Origin: Elusimicrobiota bacterium
Lineage (GTDB): Bacteria; Elusimicrobiota; JBDRON01
Direction of reading: 5' to 3'
NCBI GenBank assembly: GCA_043810025.1
Contig: JBDRON010000033.1
Span: 3,431 to 67,430 of the forward strand
DNA: 64,000 nt
In this document: positions 56,901-59,541 of the stretch, one piece after another
Layout: each line of letters starts with the position of its first letter
How positions within the stretch are numbered: position 1 is the first letter of the stretch
Made by a program: the position numbers and the translations under genes
Notes under the pieces: generated by a model
Database searches by the model: none
Seen by the model: only the letters and a program-made list of their open reading frames with translations
What the model was told of the DNA's origin: nothing

Positions 56901-58215
56901 TAACCACCAGTTCTACACCGCAAGCGCCTAAAGCATCGGGAGCGGGCGGCGCGGCATAGCTGACGGCAATTGTTGAACCGTTTACCCAGTAACCGGCTTG
57001 CAAGGTCAAATCATGCAATAACGACCAGCCGGAAATTCCGATGGATTCCGCGCGCAGACGATACAAGGTTTGCGTCAAGGAAATTCCGTTGACACTGGCC
57101 TCAACCGGCAGATCTTGACCGGTAGTCGAGTTATAGGAACCAATCATCCGGGCATAAAGACGACGGATGGTAATTCCCGCCTCATTTAAATAAAGCGGCA
57201 GACTAAAACCGGTATCCACCGCCGCATCGGAGGCCTGACCCAAAAAATAGCTGATCGTTTTCGTATGGGTGGAAGCGCTGACCGAATATTCGTAAGTGAC
57301 CAGACATTCTCCGCCAAGCAAATTGATTGTTCCGGCGGCGATAATCATGTTAAAAGTTTGATCGGTATTCACCGCAAAACCGGCTAAACCGGCGTTTCCC
57401 TGATGATCAATAAACAGGAACTCGTAGGAATCAATCAAAGAACCGTCCAAGGTCATCGTCTGACTGTTCGCCGTATTATTGACATTGACCGTAATCGTCG
57501 TATCCGTAGTGGCCGCGCCCGACTGCCGGAAACCGCGCGCCTCAAACCACTGCTGACGAACGGTAAATTTCGGATCACCCAACAACGCTTCGGCAATTTC
57601 CGCCTTATAACCAAACCCATAGGTGCCGGCCGGCGACTCGCTATTTTTTGAAGCCAAACCGTTAGCTTTGTCCCAGTAAAGCGGGAAACGAACCGTTTTA
57701 ATCTGGATGGCCGAGGTATCGTCATATTCGTAGGTAATATATAATTTTAGGGTATGGGTGTTGGAAGTCGGCCCGACAATTTTTGCGCCGGCGGAAAACA
57801 GGGAGGATGTGGTCGTATTCAGGTCGAAAACACTGCCCAAGACGGAAGTCACATCCGCCCGGGCAACAATTTTTCGGGATTCACCGGTAGTATCATCGAA
57901 TTGACCGGTGATCGGGTCGCGCGCCGTGGAAGCAGCTGCCCCTTGATCAAAAAGCAAATCAACATTCGTCGTATCCGCCGAGGAACACCCCAAGGCCTCC
58001 AATTCCAAAATCGCGCTGCGGATCACCCGGACAGCGCCCGTCTCCGGCAGATGGACCGTAAGGGAAGCCGGCAGCCAGTTAGTATTGGAAGCCAAATCCG
58101 CAACGTTATAATACGACCCAAAACTGTACTCGACAGTTTTGATCCGTGTCGCCGCAGTCAGAGATAAATTCCATCCCCAAACCAGCGCCCCGATAAACAG
58201 AAATATTTTTCTCAT
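29998..58215 (-). CDS. Giant secreted repeat protein (9,405 aa): signal peptide, about 58 tandem ~106-aa Ig-like repeats, duplicated FN3 pairs + Trp-rich propeller-like blocks, two lamin-tail domains, C-terminal PQQ-like beta-propeller
   Basis: A single uninterrupted 28,218-nt ORF. The N-terminal signal peptide is MRKIFLFIGALVWGWNLSLTAATR. The repeat unit is conserved in DNQ[ST]GDDTWR..YN[IV]DF.D...[DN]WT...NYVS[VA]R..D.AGN...DVFY[VL]KKDT. The lamin-tail motifs are LNEIYLSG...EDWIELYN and INEIGYG..QEFIELYN. The C-terminal blades have the form YFG.DDG.LY..D...G. Confidence 0.85.
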   Translation of the reverse strand: MRKIFLFIGALVWGWNLSLTAATRIKTVEYSFGSYYNVADLASNTNWLPASLTVHLPETGAVRVIRSAILELEALGCSSADTTNVDLLFDQGAAASTARDPITGQFDDTTGESRKIVARADVTSVLGSVFDLNTTTSSLFSAGAKIVGPTSNTHTLKLYITYEYDDTSAIQIKTVRFPLYWDKANGLASKNSESPAGTYGFGYKAEIAEALLGDPKFTVRQQWFEARGFRQSGAATTDTTITVNVNNTANSQTMTLDGSLIDSYEFLFIDHQGNAGLAGFAVNTDQTFNMIIAAGTINLLGGECLVTYEYSVSASTHTKTISYFLGQASDAAVDTGFSLPLYLNEAGITIRRLYARMIGSYNSTTGQDLPVEASVNGISLTQTLYRLRAESIGISGWSLLHDLTLQAGYWVNGSTIAVSYAAPPAPDALGACGVELVVTYDYTNEADYTNYYQTFAGQSDSGIAAGFSPTMPLWFPAPGSKSLRMAWLKMNYTQSNNKNTITQNTTTSVDFNGSGSQIVNPRTTSEAFGTSRFYQNVGQITEASSQVTANYSIAANQANFTGLGSVVYECIAIPNTPTNLTQYKSDGATIISTGSWTNQNNLVLKLPMTSPRLSDTLTPQIEVRAVGTGFTNTPTDSGSAVVYYSTSPAAAGSVSISGLTSGTTYHWQARLSGTGGTSGWASFGGNLETEGDFGCDLSSPTVPTLLTPTNGAKQSNQTVSFDWSDSTDSGGSTLDRYELQVATAADFTTITYSSSPALSQAASTGLNTNLYYWRVRTYDQANNYCNWTSTFSVLIDTVTPAISDLQAGDTVWRKTNSGVYNIDFQDSGGSGLSYFQTKITTGAAQSGIVVQDWTTQAGGLSGNTYTTDWSLIAGSWTALQESVTNYVSVRVFDQVGNNTTLNDCFYLLKDTTTPTVEDLQSGDDVWQKSAGAVYNVNFLDSASRLAGAKYTIYTDLNRTGALRKDWTAIPTVGGTSFTTDWSVDFEACLEGATNYVSVEVYDLAGNTTTVNDCYYVLKDTTVPTITDLQSGDTTWRRINDGAYNIDFADTGGSNLDYFQIKITTGVGQSGEVLQNWTTVISGINNSVYTANWSLPSSGWDTLREGVTNYVSVRVLDAAGNLSSETNDVFYVLKDTSAPAIAGNQSGDDVWHKTGGDVYDVNFLDSGDSLLNYAQYKITQLSNQGGAIYKDWTDIVANINSNDYTADWGVDFTACQEGYNYVSVRVFDWAGSSAAVNDVFYVKKDTTSPTVNDLQSGDTTWRRINDGAYNIDFADSGGSNLDYFQIKITTGPAQSGEVLQNWTTVVSGINNSSYTNNWPLPAAGWNVLREGATGYVSARAADQAGNISAENNDVFYLLKDTTVPTITDNQSGDNTWRKTGGTVYDLNFQDSGGALLNNAQYKITKLPAQAGAVLKDWTDIAANINSNSYTTDWAVDFTACSDGYNYVSVRVFDWAGSSITLADLFYLLKDTTTPTIADNQNGDTVWQKAAGKTYTVSFNDVSGASQLSAAQYAIFSDVNQTGSQLQGWTDIAIAINADSYSVPWPINFAACAEGTTNYVSVRSFDWAGNTATVNDVFYVLKDVTVPQISDNQLGDDTWRNSEGAVYNVDFQDGGGSLLISAQYLVNSLPAQGGTTLKNWTDIFTNLNNNEYAADWPIDFSACAGGLNYVSVKVTDNGNNLSTLNDVFYLKKYTAAPTITDNQTGDDAWRKQNDGAYNIDFNDTGSAQLDYFQLKITTGPGQTGALITDWTTVLGDVAANSYTADWPLPTDLWTSLAAGRNYASVRVFDHAQNSASLTDAFYIQKDTAVPTIIDSQTGDDSWRRFGGTAYNVSFQDAHSLLSSAQYSIWTGPGQTGSLRKDWTNIFTSAGTALYNTPWTIDFVSSQQGINYISARATDNLGNQSTTTDVFYLKKDSILPGIVDNQSGDDTWQKAAGAVYNLDFNDSNSLLDYAQYTIYSGSQQTGDQLKDWTNIFSGLNNSGYTTDWSIDFAVLREAATNYISLRTADNAGNISSLNDLFYVKMDTTTPTITDLQSGDDTEYNTNPGNIFNVDFADTGGALLKNIQYTICTDVGQGGTRLKNWTDLAGSINAASYTDNWGIDFGACQQGQNYVSVKVFDNANNSQTLEDVFYLIKAAGLPVVTDNQSGDNTWRTINNGVYNVDFSSNSDTALLNYFQTKVNTLPNQGGTVLEDWTTVVSNINVGHYTDNWPLLSTTWDLLQPGTNYISVKVFDTAGSSTSVTDVFYVQKDTSPPVITDNQSGDDTWRKTAALYDIDFADGLSLLNNLQYTIYTQTGKTGSLVKDWTDLAASVNSSGYTGNWGIDFAALSEGVTGYISVRADDRAGNTAELDDVFYVKKDTTAPTIDDQQGGDAVWRTSNDGTYNINFNDSGGSLLNYFEVRAATGTAGSGQVVQDWTEVISGINAGAYSNDWALTGGIWNNLVSWTTNYISVRVWDHAGSSQTANDVFYLWKDTAPPTMTDNQSGDDTWRKVSGTVYNIDFGDVGSKLAGAEYTVYRGLNRSGALVKDWTAIGSVSGNSSYTADWALDFDTCLSSYNYVSARVWDLAGSTTTVEDVFYVKKDTSGPVTVDNQSGDDTWRKAAGTAYNVDFQDNLSLLTTVQYAIWSGPNRTGTEQKTWTNIAVGIVASDYTANWGIDFSACQEGTTNYVSVRSYDGIGNFTITEDVFYVKKDLTAPAITDNQLGDDTWRNSAGTNYNIDFQDSGGALLDYAQYCLWSQPTLGGTAVKTWTTLAANIDANSYTTDWSLDFAGCLQGTNYVSVRVYDRAGNSAGLTDVFYVKKDTSAPTLTNNQSGDDTWRKDNTAAYNLDFADSGTSQLSHFQVKVTSGPAQSGVLLNDWTTIGENIASDSYTADWSLSSAVWANLMTGKNYVSVRVFDNVGNSGSLTDAFYVLKDTTPPAIIDQQTGDDAWRKTGGSTYNLDFADNDAKLSYFQTKISSGAAGSGTLLQDWTTVVSGIGAVSYTSDWALVSGSWELLGEGTNYVSVRVFDQAGNTTALTDGFYVRKDTTPPSGSALAPAYSNTTNFNLLYAAGDSGGSQLKNVKLYYTTQTGVPYTWGQYGTTFTASPIAFTAGAENIYGFKIIAEDNAGNTDEAGPDSSAIPESSTTVDLSSPTVADNQTGDDAWRSAGGTTYNIDFQDSGASLLSSAQYTVYSAAGLSGSQLKGWTNIATGINADSYTADWAIDFTAGQEGYNYVSVRVYDQAGNLTTINDVFYLKKDTIIPSVTDNQTGDDSWRAAAGTTYNVDFADNGSLLSNVQYTVRSAAGLGGVVYQAWTDIAANINAGSYPTDWPVDFAACREGTNYVSVRAYDAAGVSATVADVFYVLKDTTTPSITDNQTGDDTWRRAAGTTYNIDFADTLALLATAQYTIWTAAGQTGTQLKTWTDIAVNINVASFAADWPLDFSAAQQGANYVSARVYDRAGNQQTANDLFYLKKDILAPSIIDNQLGDDTWRSSAGNTYNVTLNDSGGSLLSVFQYTINTAANRSGTILKDWTNIAGDINNSVYSALWGVDFNSCLQGVNYVSARAWDVAGSTTTTADVFYVKKDTSGPVIIDNQTGDDIWRKAGGTVYNIDFNDPEVWLDSAEYTINSAAGQGGTVLKTWTLIAGDINSADYTADWGVDFAAGQEGTNYVSVRAFDKLANSTTTNDIFYFLKDTVGPTAINNLSASTALEGEISLSWTATGDNGASGTAASYVVKYATFQFTDQNSFEQAAAFAQSWTPLPPTNGETQTISGLTADTTYYLAIEVVDKAGNRSSLSNTSGNWCKSGADATLPGTINDLAAVTGDFAGQVNLSWTAPGDNGLVGDLQAPPNGRYALKYSAASSISSEVAWTTAQTFAQNWAPMTAGVTENRTVTGLTNGTLYYFAVRAYDEANNLSNLSNSPSASAGLPGMAEGMLVYGSASSANPQYRLWLGSNWDDYQYSAQAAASVVRWTRLEACPTVRNEKMLGALSYDGTAAPDGDLYLQRWDGVNSNWVDLGRMNTTLGTIYSAYRGFDLAYEQLSGRCLAAYFNGTGAQITYRVWSSTAAAWAAGPTNLSLPGLTGAVYWLKLTPRPADNGIMLTAMDVNLNIYSIYWNGSAWVNGRTNASAGAANAAYQCFDAAWENTAGRCLALWGTGSRITTYDIYSPTAGSWPIIAQSGPNINAKNNAGWIKMAADPTSSRIGFTSMDADSDWNVSIWDGSDWGALPLEDASAIGPTGRTTDIAWGKDNGLCLVAAVDAAASQFSYLGWSSVLGWHNPVTLVAAVPNTAPKDTLVWTGNLRWVTLNPDPNTNKIFLSGISISGDLRSRIWTGSSWSGGALHSSAVSDYSYECAAVVSSKHDAAPPTLADNQTGDDTWRKSNTVNYNIDAEDSGGSQLLKIQTKIYTQPNNVGQLLEDWTTQVNNIGANSYTADWPLIANTWNALVSGNNYVSVRAQDNAGNFSSALIDAFYVRKDTIPAIVADLQSGDTTWQNTAGKVYNLDFQDLHSTLNGAKYTIYTEVNRSGQLRKDWTTIPAVSGSAFTADWPVDFSACLEGAANYVSVEAYDLAGNTATVNDCFYVLKDTSPPTITALQSGDTTWQNTAGKTYNGDFYDTGGSRLNYVQYRICTGPSQTGQLRKDWTTIAANINVNSYTADWPIDFSACLEGATNYVSARAYDWAGSSVSLNDCFYLLKDVHEPTIIDNQTGDLNWRTAGGTTYNVDFQDSGGSLLNYAQYKICSAAGGGGTTLVDWINIAANISTTTYTTDWAVDFSSCQAGANYVSVRAYDWAGSSVSLTDAFYIRKDTDVPSIIDNQTGDDTWRTAAGTVYNLDFQDSGSLLNNLQYTIYSGANRSGSQLKDWTDIAANVSASAYTTDWPVDFSACREGATNYVSARADDYAGLSAIAEDVFYVKKDTTVPTVTANQTGDDTWRTAAGTTYNIDFQDSGSLLDYAQYSLWTQPNQTGNNLKTWTNIAADINNSNYTADWSIDFNVGQQGTNYVSVRLADKAGQLTGQNDLFYVLKDTSVPTISDLQSGDDIWRTAAGSAYNVDFNDLGSLLSSVQYTIYSAAGLTGTQLKTWTDIAANINAGSYTTDWPVDFTACQQGTSYISVRADDNAGQSTQLNDCFYVKKDTSSPTVVDNQTGDDSWRTTAGTTYDIDFQDSGSLLSLAQYTIYSAAGRTGTQLKTWTDIAAGINNSAYTANWTVDFNSCQQGYNYVSVRVYDQANNFTIADDVFYVKKTTSPPVIIDNQSGDDTWRKSGSTVYNLDFQAQGSALLDYAQYTVWDAPAQTGNQLKTWTNIATAINASVYTTDWPLDFAALSEGVTNYVSARVFDQAGISAAGNDLFYVKKDVSLPGLTDNQLGDDTWRSQAGSVYDIDFQDSGGSLLNNLQYAIYSQAGKTGTLYQDWTNLAGAVNASSYSTNWPVDFTACREGLNYVSVRVDDWAGNSSELADCFHIYKDTSAPTIDDQQGGDDLWRITNNGIYDINFNDTGGSQLSYFQVRAATGTAGSGQVVQDWATLAGNIGAASYSTDWALSSGIWDNLVSWTTNYISIRIYDRAGNSQTLNDCFYVLKDTAAPTISDNQSGDDNWRAAGGTVYNIDFGDVGSRLAGAEYTINSGVNRTGTVLKDWTTAAAVAGNSSFTADWAIDFGACSAGPNYVSARVWDTAGSTTTANDLFYVKKDTFGPTISDYQTGDDTWRKVSGTTYNVDFLDSLSLLATAQYAIWTGLNRSGTELKSWTDIASGINNSGYTANWGVDFDACQQGTNYVSARVYDNLSNLTTGDDCFYVKKDTTSPTITDNQSGDDTLRSAPGTVYNVDFQDSGGSLLSYAQYTIWAGPGRTVGEIKTWTNIVTAINSNSYTNDWEIDFNGCQQGYNYITVRVFDGAGGSVEGVDVFYVRKAAGAPSIVDNQLGDDTWRKTNVAAYDIDFFSNSGANLSYFLSKVCSAAGQSGTVIEDWTTVVSAIGSTQYSANWSLLNAAFDKLLPGRNYVSLRILDEAGNTTTVSDVFYVQKDTVTPTITDNQSGDDTWQTAAGKTYDVDFADNHSLLNYAQYTIWGDVNRSGSLLKDWTNIAGAINAAGYTANWPVDFAGLPETATGYVSVRVFDNLLNCTTSNDVFYILKDTTTPTITDNQTGDDAWRTAAGTTYNVDFADLRSLLTTAQYTIYSVAGLGGSKLKDWTAIASSINSASYTADWPVDFPACGQGANYVSVKVFDRAGNSAQLNDCFYVKKDTAVPAITDNQTGDDAWRTAGGTTYDVDFTDLGSLLTTAQYTIYSLAGQTGVQLKDWTDIAVSIGTTSYTANWPIDFTAGQQGNNFVSARVYDGVGNSAEAIDVFYVKKDTSGPTVIDNQTGDDTWRNSGGTVYNVDFQDNGSLLNYLQYSIYSGPNRTGTLLKTWTNIAAGLNASNYTADWAIDFSACAAATTNYVSVQAYDNLNNSTIAEDVFYVLKDLTAPGISDNQLGDNSWRNSGGTTYDVDFQDSGGSFLNNAQYTIWSAAGQTGTQRKTWTNIAGSINSNSYTTNWPIDFDSAVDGENYISVRVDDRAGNSAGLDDVFYVKKDTTSPVLTDNQSGDDSWRSNNTSVYNVDFQDSGGSLLSSFQTKLTTGTAQSGTVLEDWTTQISGINAAGYTTDWPLSAASWEALLTGGTSYVSVRVFDGAGNAATVNDVFYVKKDTAAPTVTDNQSGDDIWRKTAGTVYNLDFQAGASALLSSAQYTIYSAANRAGTQIKDWTDIAAGINVGAYTADWPVDFDACREGTNYVSVRVYTYSGASGSADDVFYVKKDTTSPTITDSQSGDAAWRNNSGTVYNVDFADLSSQLTTAQYLIYDSAGQTGNKLKDWTDIAGGINAAGYTTNWPIDFTACNEGTNYVSVRAFDLAGNSGSANDVFSVLKDTTVPVIQDNQSGDTVWRRSNNAVYNLDFFDSGGSLVSYFQTKLTTGPAQSGTALQDWTTQVSVINGASYTTDWSLLDPSWQALRSGPTNYLAVRLYDQAGNSAVLNDPFYIWKDTITPTITDNQPGDDVWRKAVGTVYNIDFADSGGSLLNKAEYIIYRAAGQSGQLLKDWTGIAGVSGTSYTADWTLDFDSCQEGENYVSVRSSDTAGSLTTLTDAFYVRKDTTAPTIQDLQAGDTSWRRLNDGLYNVDFADLGGSLISYFQTKLTSAPAQSGTVRQDWTTQVSAINNSGYSADWPLVNSSWLALISGSTNYAALRVYDLAGNSSSLNDPFYILKDTITPTIDDQQSGDDAWRRAAGTAYNVNFNDSGGSLLEKAEYTIWSAAGQTGSLLKDWTVIANNINNSAYTADWTIDFAGANQGTNYVSARTNDLAGSTTSQNDVFYLKKDTVGPTITDAQTGDDTWRAAAGTIYNIDFADYGIGLSTVQYRIWSAPGQSGSLVKDWTDIAAGIGAAAYTTDWPVDFAGCLGGTTNYVTVRAYDVLASSTTGVDVFYVLKDTVAPSAIANLAAAAGNFAGKINLTWTASGDDAGAGQSVSYLLKYKTGSNFTGEADFTIAATYYQTLSPKSSGGSESYTLTGLMEGATYYLALKAVDKAGNQGTISNLTGNSAWAAITPPRQITDLAAMTGDYVGQIKLTWTAPGEDEATGNLAAPPSGGYVLKYSTTAAVTAGNWNTAAAYTQSWEPLPVSSLEEKVLANLTATTTYYFALKAYDDLPSYSSISNSTGAVAAPPGAASGMLVFGQGTQIAPRYNLWDGASWGGEQSGQNASATINWVVVKACPLLRNEKMLGVLSSDGKLTIQRWNGANLTWTTEWQTTTIGVTNAVYRGFDIVYEEVSGNCLVVYNDNAANPVYRRWTGSSWEGPLSLSVLTTGIPIWVRLAVRPAANEALLVTLDTNSDIHSIRWTGSAWDTANRRTNTATAAVSAKQCFDLVWEALSGRCLVLFGSGTGTTYDIWNSVTTSWVTVGGVGPAIAAIANWLKLAADPASNKIGMASLDGSLHWNVSIWSGSAWGALPADNTAMDSVAGRGVDIAWEKDSGRCLAVGVKSGANYFSYILYNGTAWQQTPSAPLNDSYTWSSNIRWLRLLPDPNTVKMTVVGIDTGNDIRSRNWSGSAWTGGTIHETNSSTALYECAMIALDRHDISPPSLSDNQYGDDTWRCSNVAAYDVDFLDSGGSKISYFQTKITSQPNQAGTVLQDWTTQVSGINANSYTTNWPFLTTAWNALQQGANYVSVRVFDGVGNSVDRTDVFYVKKDVGLPGVTDNQTGDDTWRNSGGTVYNVDFADNLSLLATAQYTLNSAVARSGTVIKNWTDIAANIGAAGYTTDWAIDFVTAQQGINYVSVRVYDNAGNLNTVDDVFYLKKDTQTPAAVADLAANPGETRGKIVLTWTAPGDDGVSGNNTLGGYQVRYSTGGVINAGNWDTAGVWLNSWAPVSAGSTESRVITGLTLGKTYYFALKTYDKANNLSSISNGTAGALPREENVYLNEIYLSGSTGAEDWIELYNNTPNPISLNGWQLVYNQGSIALPGAESVVWTGGVAETINSGGLLVIVPNTNLDNGQSYHLKLKDNIASLVDIVQYPAINGAGISFSRIYDGSAYWEKDPTTTKNLLNVAGGTIKINEIGYGIVSQEFIELYNNSAAKQALTNWTLRNSQGANTIVPYRRQFQFSLNIDTYSFSGLNFSSTDNSANQYSYPACFGAGGLDSNSDFLVLENSSGQAVDRVSWQSGANYYYDYQAGLIPYPGTAPGGVVSGSIGRYPNEGTDTDLDAADFANFAQTGEGAKNNVGVPASANTFTYPVNSTALPRRFNLTLTLGEDSSGGYTDNLTFTRTGGSADLHSPHRFKLANLGFTLNNLTAQTTTVAGALILDEDGYGLIDGAVYRLNLNSDTASGPAPAIVLNNVTYDGSIPAVSAVNTALPRLNNGKRGSMLRLRVTNNSANNNLEIEQIKVRFTDPDLAPLTTLEAQNLFAQLLICADDQENGAAGIYEYAIDVSTLAVLANAGISLDGAGAQTFNVVSPDSVAAIVNPSSYRDYFVIAELTADATDQTPCSFRASITAGADLVLRDGASDVSQSINPTAAVNSSSTTASVPVLPPPDTSWPYSAGTSTGSAISSTIGLGYDSAYNQVAIYAGTEDKRLLAMNPDGTAKWTQPFVSSGSITSAINSTVETAGTFVYFSDNAGFIYKLKDNITSGTTNGGGWSRELGAVVNSAIQIVGENMFIGCNDNKVYKININDGNNVLGWAPPTLNGALSSSPSIDEYTDGVNACWIGSDGGRIYRMQSGDGTATSWFDTGGPVRSAPFIDSGGVHATSNNLYITSSDGKLYCRTSSNLTGTPSGWVDFDCGSPIDTSVWLTPNPEADGKKYLYFGADNGKLYKVDAASGTLAWSCQTGGPIKSSPVDDGYGYVYFGSDDGNIYCLAVADGSLRSGWPVNTGATVRSMPVIDTEFNRLYIGSSDGKLYVLDITP
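35910..45190 (-). repeat. Coding tandem repeat array 2 of giant gene (about 29 copies of ~318 bp; approximate bounds)
   Basis: Same unit as array 1. It is bounded by the two FN3-pair + Trp-rich block units, at about 45190..47190 and about 33975..35910. Confidence 0.8.
47190..55832 (-). repeat. Coding tandem repeat array 1 of giant gene (about 27 copies of ~318 bp; approximate bounds)
   Basis: The KDT...DNQ.GDD boundaries recur every ~106 aa. Copies are divergent at DNA level. This is protein-coding, not CRISPR. Confidence 0.8.
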
Positions 58216-58294
58216 ATTTACTTGCTAATTGAGCATTTCCAGCACAATAAATGTTTAGCATAGATTAGCCAATTTTTCAATGTGTTTTTTGACA

Positions 58295-58732
58295 CTAAAA
58301 TTTTCGAAAAAGAGGCTGGATGAGGCTGCGGCTGAACCAAAAGATTGTTTTGATTATCCGGCTATAAACTAATCCCAGCCGGCCTTTAGAGAGAAAATGA
58401 TTAGCGGTCAGCCGGCCGATAACTTCTTTAAAATCAACTTTGTGTAAACCAACTATCCCCGTATCATCATTGACCATAAAACTATTTTCCTGCTTCTTTT
58501 CCACCCGATGCAAAAAATATTTTCCCCCGCTGCGATACAAAATACAATCGCCGGGTTTAATTTTGTCCATTCCCACCGGCTCGACAAAGACCAGTTCCCC
58601 ATTTTTCAGCAGCGGCCGCATACATCCGCCGCGGGTAAAAAAAGGGATCAACATCCTTGAACCCACTTGAATCGGCTGGGATAATTTTTTATTTGCTTTC
58701 ATGGGAGAGGGGGCGCCAGAATAATTTTCCAA
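58295..58732 (-). CDS. S24/S26 (LexA / Sec11-SipW-type signal peptidase) fold peptidase-like protein with Cys and His at the predicted nucleophile/base positions
   Basis: FTRGGCMRPLLKNGELVFV aligns to the GSMEP box (Cys where the catalytic Ser normally sits). GDCILYRSGGKYFLHRV aligns to the GD...HRV/KRV box (His where S26A/S24 have Lys, as in Sec11/SipW). There is no obvious TM helix. It overlaps the HprK-like gene by 34 nt and ends 79 nt before the giant-gene start. Confidence 0.45.
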   Translation of the reverse strand: MENYSGAPSPMKANKKLSQPIQVGSRMLIPFFTRGGCMRPLLKNGELVFVEPVGMDKIKPGDCILYRSGGKYFLHRVEKKQENSFMVNDDTGIVGLHKVDFKEVIGRLTANHFLSKGRLGLVYSRIIKTIFWFSRSLIQPLFRKF

Positions 58733-59313
58733 AAAGCGCGGTGTCGGGTAAACTGCATTTCGTAAGCTGGAACTGCGGATAAAAAATCTTCCGCGATAAA
58801 AAAAATTTTTTCTAATAAATGTTTTTCGGAATTAAAGAACAAGAGGTTGGTTAAAAATTTTGGCAAGGACTGTTTCAAGGTGAGAGCGGACAAAATGTTT
58901 TTTTGTGATTTTACAGGAAAATATACGCCATTGACAGGAAAACTTAAGTTTTGCGCAGGCAAATCCAATTCACCGCTGAAAGGTGTGCTGTAAGCCCGAT
59001 ACTGCGTTCCGATTTTTCTTACGGCCACCACCTCGTCACTGAGGATAAAAGAACCGGCCGATAAGCGGGCAATCGTTGACTTGCCGGCCAGGGAAACCCC
59101 GGGGAAAAGATAAGCTTGTTCTTTTTTTACCACACCGGAGGAATGAATTAAAAACCCCTGTTCTTCTAAAAGCAAATAGGTATACAGTATTCTAAGAAAT
59201 GAATCGAAGGAATAAATATTTTTTTCGATCATTCCCTTACCTGTATGCTCAGCTAAATTAATTTCCACTTCAAAATCCCCACGCAAGACAATCAATTTTC
59301 CCTTTTTTAACAA
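58699..59313 (-). CDS. HPr kinase/phosphorylase C-terminal-domain-like P-loop protein (HprK-related kinase)
   Basis: LIHSSGVVKKEQAYLFPGVSLAGKSTIARLSAGSFILSDEVVAV matches the HprK catalytic-domain pattern H[AS]S.V...G.L..G.SG.GKS..A..L...G..L..DD.V.[IV]. It lacks the HprK N-terminal domain. Confidence 0.6.
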   Translation of the reverse strand: MLKKGKLIVLRGDFEVEINLAEHTGKGMIEKNIYSFDSFLRILYTYLLLEEQGFLIHSSGVVKKEQAYLFPGVSLAGKSTIARLSAGSFILSDEVVAVRKIGTQYRAYSTPFSGELDLPAQNLSFPVNGVYFPVKSQKNILSALTLKQSLPKFLTNLLFFNSEKHLLEKIFFIAEDFLSAVPAYEMQFTRHRAFWKIILAPPLP

Positions 59314-59541
59314 TATTTGCGGAGCGATTTCATCGGTATTAGACTTGTTTTTTTTGCGTTAAATTGAATTTTCCAGTTTGCCGTTTGGGGGGAAGAAAAG
59401 TTTTTGTAGCGTTGAGATAAAAGGCGATAGAATTTTAGTTCGGGGGTAGAAAAAACCGGATTTATCTCAGCAATATTCAATGAAAGTTTGTAGTCCATTT
59501 TACTACTGCCGATTATAGCAAATTTTTTCAAAAAACAAAAT

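Noticed and set aside
30072-58167. Dozens of 60-220-aa plus- and minus-strand ORFs inside the giant gene, for example 39115..39786, 41572..42180 and 45481..45921
   Set aside because: They are antisense or out-of-frame to a continuous 28-kb ORF with coherent repeat-protein translation. GC-rich repetitive coding DNA generates long spurious open frames, and they show no independent start context.
59307-59531. 74-aa ORF upstream of and overlapping the HprK-like gene
   Set aside because: AT-rich, low-complexity region that more likely contains the promoter or leader of the kinase-peptidase operon. It is not excluded as a real small protein.
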